NCBI GenBank assembly: GCA_963768055.1
Contig: CAVYGN010000002.1
Location: 512,001-576,000, forward strand
Origin: an uncultured Spirochaetota bacterium
Lineage (GTDB): Bacteria > Spirochaetota > Brevinematia > Brevinematales > JAOACQ01
DNA length: 64,000 nt
Direction of reading: 5' to 3'
A program made the translations under genes and the position numbers. Shown here piece by piece: positions 22,254-31,271 of the stretch. Positions within the stretch are counted from its first letter, which is position 1; every line of letters starts with the position of its first letter. The notes beneath the pieces are model-generated. The model searched no databases. It had not been told where the DNA came from and saw only the letters and a list, made by a program, of their open reading frames with translations.

Positions 22254-23486
22254 ATGAAAAGAATCCTGACCTTATGTCTGGTTCTCGTTTCGATCGCGTC
22301 TTTCGCCGGTGCGACGATCAAGGTTGAAACTGAAACATGGCTCGACGCTAACACAGTTCAGGTGTCTACCAGCTCCTCACCAGAATTAAACCCCGGCGGG
22401 TCATTCTTCCTAGGCAGGGCTTATCTGACTCTGATCGGAGACCTTGGAACAGATTTTTACGGCGACCCGATCAAGGAAAGGGTGACCTTCGATTTCGCCA
22501 ACGCCACGTCTTCAGGAGCAGCAGGAATAATCAAGTACGCTTACTTCGATTATACCCTTCTCAAAAATTTCTGGGATCCGAACGGCGGCCAGAAGTTTCT
22601 TGTTTTTTCAGCAGGTCTTATTCCGGTATATTTCGGCAATATCCAGTTCTGGCAGTATGTCCTTCCTATAAAGGACGCAACCGAACTCTACAAAGGGGTC
22701 AGTTACACCTATGGTTATATTCCTTCCACTTCCAAACCGACCAACTATACCGGTATTGCACCAACAGCTTCGGCGGATTTCGGCCTGATGCTCTCCGGCA
22801 AGTTCCTTCCAATCGAGGGTTTAACCTCATCCCTTATTAGTTATTACCTGCAATTTCTCAACGGCGAAGGCTACAAGACGTTTGTTAATAATAACGGGGC
22901 TCCTTATATTAACGCCTCTACCAACGGCAGCGACTTCGCTTACCAGGCTTCAGCGTTCGTTTCTCCCATCGACGGGACTATGATCGGCGGAACTTACAGG
23001 ATAGATTCCTACGACGATGCCACAATAGGCACCGGAGTGCATAACACCGAAACCTCTTATGCTTTATTGCTATCCGCAAGAAATGTTATGAACATACCTG
23101 TTGACTTCACCGCCCAGTATATCAGCGAGACCAGCACCAACGACTGGCTCCCTTATAGCGTCGCCAAAAATAATACAACCCCTTACGGATATGATTTCAC
23201 AGGCGTCGTCTATTCCATCTCTCTCGGATACGGGTTCTTAGACTGGGCGATCGAACCTATGATCAGGTACGATTATTACAACCCGGACACGACGGTATCC
23301 AACGGCCAGAACGGTACAGACGTATCGGGTTCTATCCTCTACATCGGCGCGTCCTTCAAACCCGACCCCAACCTTACAATAAAACCTATGTACGGGATGT
23401 ATATGACAGAAAACGGAAAGCCCAGCCAGAACTATCTCGTCTGGCTTGAATTCGCGTACAAGCTCAACTTTACGATCTGGCAGTAA
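22254..23486 (+). CDS. Outer-membrane beta-barrel, probable phosphate-starvation porin
   Basis: Signal peptide, RAYLT and KYAYFDY OprO/P-like motifs, aromatic strands; first gene before pstS. Confidence 0.65.
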   Translation: MKRILTLCLVLVSIASFAGATIKVETETWLDANTVQVSTSSSPELNPGGSFFLGRAYLTLIGDLGTDFYGDPIKERVTFDFANATSSGAAGIIKYAYFDYTLLKNFWDPNGGQKFLVFSAGLIPVYFGNIQFWQYVLPIKDATELYKGVSYTYGYIPSTSKPTNYTGIAPTASADFGLMLSGKFLPIEGLTSSLISYYLQFLNGEGYKTFVNNNGAPYINASTNGSDFAYQASAFVSPIDGTMIGGTYRIDSYDDATIGTGVHNTETSYALLLSARNVMNIPVDFTAQYISETSTNDWLPYSVAKNNTTPYGYDFTGVVYSISLGYGFLDWAIEPMIRYDYYNPDTTVSNGQNGTDVSGSILYIGASFKPDPNLTIKPMYGMYMTENGKPSQNYLVWLEFAYKLNFTIWQ

Positions 23487-23515
23487 GACATTATTATTAA
23501 TTATATGGTATAATA

Positions 23516-23548
23516 AAGGGCGGACCGGCTTAATCCCGGTCTGCCCTT
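23516..23548 (+). other. Intercistronic stem-loop
   Basis: AAGGGCGGACCGG...CCGGTCTGCCCTT, no U-tract. Confidence 0.55.
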
Positions 23549-23570
23549 GCATTAAAACGGAGGAAAATTC

Positions 23571-24608
23571 ATGAAAAAGATTATATTATCGGCTGCGGCT
23601 TTCATCCTTTTCGCTTCTGCGGGCTTTTCACAGAAAGTTGAGAGCTTATTGGGAGCGGGGGCTACATTCCCCTACCCTCTTTATTCCAAGATGTTCGAGG
23701 AATATTTTAATTCGACAAAGATGAAAATAAATTACCAGGCGATCGGTTCAGGCGGCGGAATACAGCAGCTTATCAGCAAAACAGTCGACTTCGGCGCTTC
23801 CGACGCCCCTATGAGCGACAAAGAGAAAAAGGCGGCGAAGGATGAGGTCATCCATATACCCACATGCCTCGGCGCTGTCGTTCTGACCTACAATCTGCCC
23901 GGTAATCCTCAGCTTAAATTTACCCCTGAAATCGTTGCCGACATTTATCTTGGCAAGATCACCAAGTGGAACGATCCAATGATAGTCGCGGTCAATAAGG
24001 AAGCGAACCTTCCCGATACCGCCATAACTGTAGTTCACCGTTCGGACGGCAGCGGAACGACCTATACGTTCAGCGGTTATCTTACCGCCGTCAGCCCCGA
24101 ATGGAAAAGCAAGGTCGGGCAGGGCAAGTCCCTCAACTGGCCGGTAGGTATCGGCGGCAAGGGCAACCCCGGCGTTACAGCTTATATAAAGCAGATCCCC
24201 GGCGGTTTCGGCTATATCGAACAGGCTTACGCCGAACAGAACAAGATGCCCATGGGAGAGCTTCAGAACAAGAGCGGAAATTTTATTACCCCGAGCTTGG
24301 AATCGGTAATGCTGGCAGCCAATGTAGATCTCCCTGCTGACGGCCAGGCTTCAATTCTCGATACAGCATCGGCGCAGGGATATCCCATCTGCACCTTTAC
24401 CTGGATCATCCTTTACAAGGAGCAGTCTTACGGCGGAAGACCGTTGAACAGGGTTCAGGAAACAGTAAAACTTATATGGTGGATGATACACGAAGGACAG
24501 CAGTATAATGAAGCATTATTATATGGAAAGCTTCCCGAAAAAGCAGTCAAACTTGACGAAGATTTATTGAATTCGGTGGTCTATCATGGTAAGCAAGTCC
24601 ACAAGTAA
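23571..24608 (+). CDS. pstS: Phosphate ABC transporter substrate-binding protein
   Basis: GAGATFPYPLY, GSGGG, DFGASD, RSDGSGTT. Confidence 0.96.
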   Translation: MKKIILSAAAFILFASAGFSQKVESLLGAGATFPYPLYSKMFEEYFNSTKMKINYQAIGSGGGIQQLISKTVDFGASDAPMSDKEKKAAKDEVIHIPTCLGAVVLTYNLPGNPQLKFTPEIVADIYLGKITKWNDPMIVAVNKEANLPDTAITVVHRSDGSGTTYTFSGYLTAVSPEWKSKVGQGKSLNWPVGIGGKGNPGVTAYIKQIPGGFGYIEQAYAEQNKMPMGELQNKSGNFITPSLESVMLAANVDLPADGQASILDTASAQGYPICTFTWIILYKEQSYGGRPLNRVQETVKLIWWMIHEGQQYNEALLYGKLPEKAVKLDEDLLNSVVYHGKQVHK

Positions 24609-24648
24609 ACATTTTACAACAAACGGGGTGGGAATTAGTTCCCATCCC

Positions 24649-25524
24649 ATGTTATTTATTTTTAACAGTTCATTTAAAACGACTGTCATGTTTTGCGTCA
24701 TAATTGTCTGCATACTTCTCATGGCAATATTTATAAGCCTTTTTATAGCGGCCCAGCCGTCCCTGCGAAGATTCGGGTTTTTGTTCTTCGGTTCATCGAT
24801 CTGGGACCCGTTGAACGGGCAGTTCGGGGCTCTTCCCTTTGCGCTGGGAACCCTCCTTACATCAATTATAGCTTTGATAGTCTGTATACCATTTTCTATG
24901 TCGGTAGCTTTGATCCTCGGTGAATATTTCTCTTCCGGGGCTGTTGCGGCAGTTCTCAATTCCGCTATGGAACTTCTTGCCGGCATACCCTCGATCATAT
25001 ACGGCATGTGGGGGCTATTCGCTCTCGTCCCGGTTATAAGGGGATTTGAAGCAACAATAGGAGCGATACCTCTTGGCGTGGGTATTTTCGCCGCGGCAAT
25101 CCTTTTATCGATCATGATCATTCCGTTTGCGGCTTCCATTTCAAGAGAGGTAATCGGCATGGTTCCGAACGATCTCAAAGAAGCGGCTTATTCACTAGGT
25201 GCGACCCGGTATGAAGTCATAAAAAAAGTCGTTATTCCATACGCGGGTTCAGGGATAATCGCCGGAATCCTTCTCTCTTTCGGCAGGGCCCTCGGAGAAA
25301 CAATGGCGGTAACCATGGTCATCGGAAATTCATATTTTTTGCCGACCAATATCTTCGGCCCCGGCGATACTATCGCCAGCATAATAGCCAATGAATTTAC
25401 CGAAGCGGCTGATCCCCTTTATGTTTCCGCATTGATAGAAATGGGCCTGGTCCTTTTTATTATAACAATAATTTTCGGTATAGCCGGCAGATATATCATT
25501 ACAAAAGTCAGCATCAAGGATTAA
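24649..25524 (+). CDS. pstC: Phosphate ABC transporter permease (start uncertain)
   Basis: ELLAGIPSIIYG, EAAYSLGAT, GRALGETMAV. Confidence 0.93.
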   Translation: MLFIFNSSFKTTVMFCVIIVCILLMAIFISLFIAAQPSLRRFGFLFFGSSIWDPLNGQFGALPFALGTLLTSIIALIVCIPFSMSVALILGEYFSSGAVAAVLNSAMELLAGIPSIIYGMWGLFALVPVIRGFEATIGAIPLGVGIFAAAILLSIMIIPFAASISREVIGMVPNDLKEAAYSLGATRYEVIKKVVIPYAGSGIIAGILLSFGRALGETMAVTMVIGNSYFLPTNIFGPGDTIASIIANEFTEAADPLYVSALIEMGLVLFIITIIFGIAGRYIITKVSIKD

Positions 25525-25527
25525 GAA

Positions 25528-26391
25528 ATGGACATTAAAGAAAGAAAAAAAAGAAATGTCTTGTTCAACATTTTTAAAGACAGGGTATTTTTTATAATTA
25601 TCATCGCCCTGTCTGTTATCACATTAATTCCTCTTATTTTAATCCTGTATTACATTACGGTAAACGGGGTATCGTTCCTCAGCATCGACTTATTGACAAA
25701 ACTTCCGAAAGCCACGGGGGAGGCGGGCGGAGGGATTGCCAACGCAATAATAGGTTCGGTTATAATCGTTTTTTTTTCAGCATTGATAGCGATTCCGATC
25801 GGGATACTTTCGGGGATATATCTTTCCGAGCATACTGAAAGCCGGCTGGGGCAATTCGCGCGGGTAGCCGTGGACGTTCTCCAGGGAGTCCCTTCGATCA
25901 TACTCGGCATCATAGCCTATGTATGGTTAGTAATACCGATGGGCGGTTTTTCAGCTATTTCGGGAAGCATAGCCCTGTCAATGATGATGCTTCCCCTGAT
26001 AATAAAAAACACGGAGGAAACATTGAGGCTCATACCCTATTCCGTTAAAGAAGCCGCATATTCTCTAGGGGTCCCATATTATAAAGTCGTCCTGAAGGTT
26101 GTTCTGCCGGCCGGGCTATCGGGAATTCTTACCGGCGTCCTCATTGGAATAGCAAGGATAACCGGGGAGACCGCACCATTGCTATTTACAGCATTCGGAA
26201 ACCCGTTTACCGAGTTAAATCCCTTAAAACCTATGGAAACCATACCCCATATAATTTTCACATACGCTACGAGCCCTTACACGGATTGGCAGAATATAGC
26301 CTGGGGCGCTTCTTTCATACTCGTGTCTTTCGTTTTAATTTTGAATTTAATAGCAAAGGTGGTGGCAAGCAAATGGAAGGTAAAATTCTAA
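25528..26391 (+). CDS. pstA: Phosphate ABC transporter permease
   Basis: GGGIANAIIG, GVPSI, ARITGETAPL. Confidence 0.94.
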   Translation: MDIKERKKRNVLFNIFKDRVFFIIIIALSVITLIPLILILYYITVNGVSFLSIDLLTKLPKATGEAGGGIANAIIGSVIIVFFSALIAIPIGILSGIYLSEHTESRLGQFARVAVDVLQGVPSIILGIIAYVWLVIPMGGFSAISGSIALSMMMLPLIIKNTEETLRLIPYSVKEAAYSLGVPYYKVVLKVVLPAGLSGILTGVLIGIARITGETAPLLFTAFGNPFTELNPLKPMETIPHIIFTYATSPYTDWQNIAWGASFILVSFVLILNLIAKVVASKWKVKF

Positions 26392-27143
26392 AACCGATCC
26401 TTGATGTACAAGACCTCAGCGTTTATTACGGTGATCTGAAGGCATTGAACAATATAGTTATGAATTTTTATGAAAACACCGTCCATGCTATAATGGGTCC
26501 CTCCGGATGCGGAAAATCCACCCTTATAAGGTGTTTTAACAGGCTCCATGAACTTACTCCCGAGGCTAGGGTGGAAGGCAGAATATTATTGAACGGCGAA
26601 GACCTTCTTCAAATCGATCCAATCCTTGTCAGGAGGCGGATAGGGATGGTTTTCCAGCGTCCGAACCCTTTCCCTACAATGACAATTTATGATAATGTCA
26701 TTGCGGGTTATAAACTGAACAGTATTCATTTACATAAATCAGATGCCGATAAAATAGTCGAGGAATCCCTTACCAAGAGTTCACTCTGGATGGAGGTCAA
26801 AGACAAGCTGAATAAAAGGGGAACCTTCCTTTCGGGCGGCCAGCAGCAGAGGCTTTGTATCGCAAGGGCGCTCGCTATGAAACCGGACGTACTTCTACTG
26901 GACGAACCTACTTCCGCCCTTGACCCGAAAGCGACCTCTCATATAGAAGAATTGATTGTAGAATTGAAAAATACCGTCGCTATTATTCTTGTAACTCATA
27001 ATATTGCGCAGGCAGGCCGTGTTTCCGAATATACTGCTTTTATGTATCTCGGAGATTTGATAGAATATGGAACTACGGAAAAATTATTTACAGTCCCCCG
27101 GGACAAAAGAACAGAAGAATACCTGAGTGGAAAATTCGGATAG
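26373..27143 (+). CDS. pstB: Phosphate ABC transporter ATPase
   Basis: GPSGCGKST, GMVFQRPNPFP, LSGGQQQRLCIAR, DEPTSALDP, YLSGKFG. Confidence 0.96.
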   Translation: MEGKILKPILDVQDLSVYYGDLKALNNIVMNFYENTVHAIMGPSGCGKSTLIRCFNRLHELTPEARVEGRILLNGEDLLQIDPILVRRRIGMVFQRPNPFPTMTIYDNVIAGYKLNSIHLHKSDADKIVEESLTKSSLWMEVKDKLNKRGTFLSGGQQQRLCIARALAMKPDVLLLDEPTSALDPKATSHIEELIVELKNTVAIILVTHNIAQAGRVSEYTAFMYLGDLIEYGTTEKLFTVPRDKRTEEYLSGKFG

Positions 27144-27152
27144 GAGACGCTT

Positions 27153-27842
27153 ATGCATGAGCAGCAGATCAATGAATTAAAACAAAAAATCGTTAAAACA
27201 TCATCGATAGTACGGGAAATGATCGAAAATTCAATTCAGGCTTTGTTAAACCGAAACGCCCAGAAGGCAAAGCGGGTCATAAACGAACTCGAACCGCTTG
27301 TCAACCAGGCGGAGATAGATGTGGACGAGGAGTGCATTAATCTTATTGCCCGCTTCCAGCCTGAAGGAAAGCAGCTGAGGATCGTAATGATGATATCGAA
27401 GATGGTTACAGACCTCGAAAGAATGGGAGACCACGCAGTAAATATAGCCGAGAGTTCAATCTTCCTTATAGACCGTCCTCCTATAAAGCCTTTGATCGAT
27501 CTTCCGCATATGCTGTCTGAAACAATTAAAATGCTCGACGACAGTATTATTTCTTTTTTAAACGAGGATTCGAAACTGGCCTACGAGGTCCTGCCCCATG
27601 ACGACGTTGTCGACGATTACAGGGACCAGATCCTGAGAGAGTTAATAACTTACATGCTCTCTAATGCAACCCTGATTGAAGCCTCAATCCAGTTGATAAG
27701 GATCGCAGAAAACCTCGAAAAGATCGCAGATGTTACATCGAATATCTGCGAGGAAGTCATTTATATCAAAGAAGGAAAAATAGTTATGCACTCCAAGCAT
27801 ATCAATGAATGGACAAATAAAGTCGAGGCATGGCACAAGTAA
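27153..27842 (+). CDS. phoU: Phosphate signalling protein PhoU
   Basis: DLERMGDHAVNI and LEKIAD...NI repeats. Confidence 0.94.
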   Translation: MHEQQINELKQKIVKTSSIVREMIENSIQALLNRNAQKAKRVINELEPLVNQAEIDVDEECINLIARFQPEGKQLRIVMMISKMVTDLERMGDHAVNIAESSIFLIDRPPIKPLIDLPHMLSETIKMLDDSIISFLNEDSKLAYEVLPHDDVVDDYRDQILRELITYMLSNATLIEASIQLIRIAENLEKIADVTSNICEEVIYIKEGKIVMHSKHINEWTNKVEAWHK

Positions 27843-27885
27843 AATTTTAAATTAATAAAGCAACCAAAGGGCCCGATATTATTGT

Positions 27886-29343
27886 ATGGATGCTTTATTA
27901 TTAATCCTTTCAATCCTGTTGTTTTTAAGCATAGCCGGCAGCCTCGCCTCCGATAAGCTCGGTGTTCCATCCCTAGTTTTATTTTTAATCATCGGGGTCC
28001 TCGCCGGGCCTGAAGGTTTCGGAAGGATCAAAATGGACAGCCCGGAACTGGCCCAAAGGATCGGCGTCATCGCTCTTGCTTTCATTATATTTTCGGGCGG
28101 CTTCAGAACACAATTCAGGGTTATAAAGACTGTAATTTTCGAAGGGGTTCTCCTTTCCTCCCTTGGAGTAATTATTTCCTGTCTGCTGGTAGGGGTTTTT
28201 CTTCATCTGGTGCTGGGCTTTTCACTTGTCAGCGGATTATTGATAGGGGCAATAGTATCGGCAACGGATGCAGCGTCTGTTTTCTCAGTATTAAGCTCTA
28301 AAAACGTACTGCTGAAGGGTAATCTCAGGCCCATGCTCGAATTCGAATCGGCGTCAAACGATCCGATGTCCGTGACCCTGACATTGGCCCTGATTATGTT
28401 CATCAGCAAACCCTCTATGGACTTTACAGGCTTATTGGCGTTCCTTTTCAGGCAATTCCTGGTCGGCGGCGCGGCCGGGTTCGGAGTATCAATTATATCT
28501 GTTTATATTCTTAAGAGATTCATCAAACTTGATTATGAAGGGGTTTATACAGTATTGACTGTCGGCCTTGTTTTGTTTACATACGGATTGGCCGATACGC
28601 TTGGAGGAAACCCTTTTCTCTCGGTATATATTCTCGGCCTGTACCTGGGCAACAGCGACTTATTATATAAAAGAAACCTCCTGAGATACCATGATAACAT
28701 ATCATGGCTCTCTCAAATCGTCATGTTTTTATGCCTCGGCCTGCTCATTTATCCCTCCCGCATACTTCCGGCATCGTTCACAGGGATCTCCGCCACACTC
28801 TTCCTGATTTTTCTAGCGAGGCCGGCAAGCGTTTTTTTAAGCATGGCCTTCACGAAAAATTTTTCCGTCAAAGAAAAACTGCTGATCTCCTGGGTCGGTT
28901 TAAGGGGAGCGGCCCCGATCATTCTTTCGACTTTTCCCCTGCTCGCAGGAGTGCCCGGTTCTTACGATATGTTTTATATCGTCTTTTTCATAGTTATAGC
29001 GTCTGTGCTTATGCAGGGCACCTCCATTCCATTCCTGGCCAGGTTCCTGAATCTTTATGACATTGGAATTTCAAATATCAAATACCCTATCGAATTTGAA
29101 AAAACCGATAATATCGAAGGGGAATTAAATGAGGTCGAAGTTCCGGAAAACTCAGTTATTGTCAATAAAGCTGTTATGGACCTTGCCCTGTCCGAAAAAA
29201 TATTGATAATTCTCATTTACAGGGAGGGCGTCTTTTTCCCTGTGAACGGGAAAACAGTAATAAAACCAAGGGACAGGCTCCTTGTTCTCGCTCCCATCCC
29301 CGATTTCATTACATTCAGCATGAGGGTCCTGGAAGGGGCTTAA
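27886..29343 (+). CDS. cvrA: K+/H+ antiporter, NhaP2/CvrA family with TrkA-C domain
   Basis: TDAASVF, LEFESASNDP, WVGLRGAAPI. Confidence 0.85.
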   Translation: MDALLLILSILLFLSIAGSLASDKLGVPSLVLFLIIGVLAGPEGFGRIKMDSPELAQRIGVIALAFIIFSGGFRTQFRVIKTVIFEGVLLSSLGVIISCLLVGVFLHLVLGFSLVSGLLIGAIVSATDAASVFSVLSSKNVLLKGNLRPMLEFESASNDPMSVTLTLALIMFISKPSMDFTGLLAFLFRQFLVGGAAGFGVSIISVYILKRFIKLDYEGVYTVLTVGLVLFTYGLADTLGGNPFLSVYILGLYLGNSDLLYKRNLLRYHDNISWLSQIVMFLCLGLLIYPSRILPASFTGISATLFLIFLARPASVFLSMAFTKNFSVKEKLLISWVGLRGAAPIILSTFPLLAGVPGSYDMFYIVFFIVIASVLMQGTSIPFLARFLNLYDIGISNIKYPIEFEKTDNIEGELNEVEVPENSVIVNKAVMDLALSEKILIILIYREGVFFPVNGKTVIKPRDRLLVLAPIPDFITFSMRVLEGA

Positions 29344-29345
29344 CG

Positions 29346-29397
29346 AGGGGGCCGTTCAAACAACATCCTTCCGGATGAATATTGTTTTGAATCCGGC
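29346..29397 (+). repeat. REP-like palindromic element, copy A
   Basis: GCCGTTCAAACAACATCC...TGTTTTGAATCCGGC; shares 15-mer with inverted copy at 34135-34149. Confidence 0.55.
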
Positions 29398-29423
29398 TGA
29401 AAAGGGTCTGGAAGAGAGAAAAA

Positions 29424-29466
29424 TTTACCCGAAATTAACCGGCTCTTAACAAATTCTGATTATAAT
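29424..29466 (+). promoter_or_regulatory. Pho-box-like array and -10 element for sixA
   Basis: TTTACC/TTAACC/TTAACA at 29424, 29435, 29446; 9 nt; TATAAT. Confidence 0.7.
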
Positions 29467-29515
29467 AACTTCTGTGATTTTATGATGTAAAACCTTGAGT
29501 ATAAGGGGGTGATTT

Positions 29516-30052
29516 GTGAAAATTGCTTTAATAAGGCACTCAAAAGCCGTTGAAAAGGAATTTTGGGAAAAAGACAATTCCCTTCGCCCTTTAAGCAAGG
29601 TTGGGAAATTCAGGGCCAATCGTTTCGCAAAACATCTTTTAAAATTATATAAGCACAATATTGATTTTTTAATCACCTCAGACTTCGTTAAAAATGTCGA
29701 AACGGCAGAGTTTATTAAAAAGGAGCTTAAACCCCGAAACTATATTGTTGACAGCGACCTGAATCCCGGATTTGACTTTTGTAAATTACAGAAGCTAATA
29801 AACAAACTTCCGGCCGGTACCGACATGATTTTTCTGGTCGGGCATAATCCTGACCTTTCAAATATAATTTACGAAATGGTCAGGGATAAAAAGAGGGTAC
29901 CCTATCTGAAAAAGCCTTCGCTGTTTGAAATCGATATAGATGAATATCCCTATGGCAAGATAGGCTTGACATATAACCTGGATGACGGGGAAGAATTTCC
30001 GTTTAAAAAACATGAACCCTATTTCGAAGAAGTGGGAGAGATCCCTTTATAG
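29516..30052 (+). CDS. sixA: SixA-like phosphohistidine phosphatase
   Basis: LIRHSKA, RPLS..G, LVGHNPDL. Confidence 0.85.
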   Translation: MKIALIRHSKAVEKEFWEKDNSLRPLSKVGKFRANRFAKHLLKLYKHNIDFLITSDFVKNVETAEFIKKELKPRNYIVDSDLNPGFDFCKLQKLINKLPAGTDMIFLVGHNPDLSNIIYEMVRDKKRVPYLKKPSLFEIDIDEYPYGKIGLTYNLDDGEEFPFKKHEPYFEEVGEIPL

Positions 30053-31260
30053 CTTAATATTACAATGGTAATATCGTCGTTTTGAGGCTGTGAAGCCCTG
30101 AATGAAGTAATTTCTTCCAGTATTTTATCCTTGAGCTTGCCGATTTCGGCGGATTTATTATTTTTAATCACCTTGTAAAGGCGTTTTTCTCCAAATTCCT
30201 CTCCTTTCGGATTTATCTGCTCGACTACGCCGTCGGTAATCATAATAAAAAGATCATCCGGAAGAATATTGAAGATGTCGCATTTTGGAAGGATATCTTC
30301 CTGGATCCCGAGCGGCATGTTCCCGCTCGAAGCCCTTAGCCTGTAAAGCCTATCCGATTTGAAAAGGTATATATATGAATGGCCCATGTCGAAAATCCTC
30401 AGGGAACCGTTTGTATCGTTGAAATCGATAAAAGCAGCTGTTACAAATTCAAAGGTATTGCAGATATAATAATTTAATTTGGATATGAAGCCTTCAGGGC
30501 CGTTTTTAAAATCATAAATATTGAGCATACCCGATATACTGGTCGATACAAGCGAAGCCGCCAGCCCTTTTCCGCATACATCGCAGATTGTTATAAACCA
30601 TTTACTTTTTTCAAAGTTTGTTATGCTGTAATAATCCCCGCCGATACCCTTAGCCATATATGAAGCACAGCTCATTTTGAAATGTTCTTTATCAATGGAA
30701 AAATCCCTTTTTACTATCTTGCTCTGGAGATCCCTCGCCAGCTGCATGTCCCGCTGCGTTATCATGGATAAATACATCATCATATCGATCGAAGTGAATA
30801 TTCCCGCGAATTTGTTCCCCTCCCTGCTTACAGCAAAACTTTCCGAAAAAGTACTGCTGAGAGTATCCTGTATCTCCTCAGCCACAGATAGTATATTCCT
30901 GTCAAAACCGAACATTCGCGGTAATGTTTTGAATTTGTCCACTGTTTTATGTTTCAAAATATCCTGCCCGTAAGGTTTGCCGAGGATATTGAACAGTTCT
31001 TTTCTTATTACTATCCCTTTTATATTTTCCTTGCCGTCAACAACCCCTACCGCCTGAATCTCTATATTTTTATCCAGGTCGAAAGCAAGATCTATGACTT
31101 TTTCATCATCATTTACATAATAAAGGCTTGAAATTATTTTTCCAATGTTTTCCCTCTGGGCCTGAGGGTTCCGGATTTTCTTTAAGACCCTGTAGCCGGT
31201 GTTTTCGATGTCTGATGCCTGGTCAGTTCTCTTTTTTTCCAGAAAATTTTCTGTTTCCAC
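30019..31260 (-). CDS. CBS-like domain + SpoIIE/RsbU PP2C phosphatase
   Basis: ARDLQ, IGGDYY, DVCGKG, ITDGVVE, DDIT; N-terminal CBS-like pair. Confidence 0.85.
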   Translation of the reverse strand: METENFLEKKRTDQASDIENTGYRVLKKIRNPQAQRENIGKIISSLYYVNDDEKVIDLAFDLDKNIEIQAVGVVDGKENIKGIVIRKELFNILGKPYGQDILKHKTVDKFKTLPRMFGFDRNILSVAEEIQDTLSSTFSESFAVSREGNKFAGIFTSIDMMMYLSMITQRDMQLARDLQSKIVKRDFSIDKEHFKMSCASYMAKGIGGDYYSITNFEKSKWFITICDVCGKGLAASLVSTSISGMLNIYDFKNGPEGFISKLNYYICNTFEFVTAAFIDFNDTNGSLRIFDMGHSYIYLFKSDRLYRLRASSGNMPLGIQEDILPKCDIFNILPDDLFIMITDGVVEQINPKGEEFGEKRLYKVIKNNKSAEIGKLKDKILEEITSFRASQPQNDDITIVILSYKGISPTSSK

Positions 31261-31271
31261 AAAAGTTCCTT

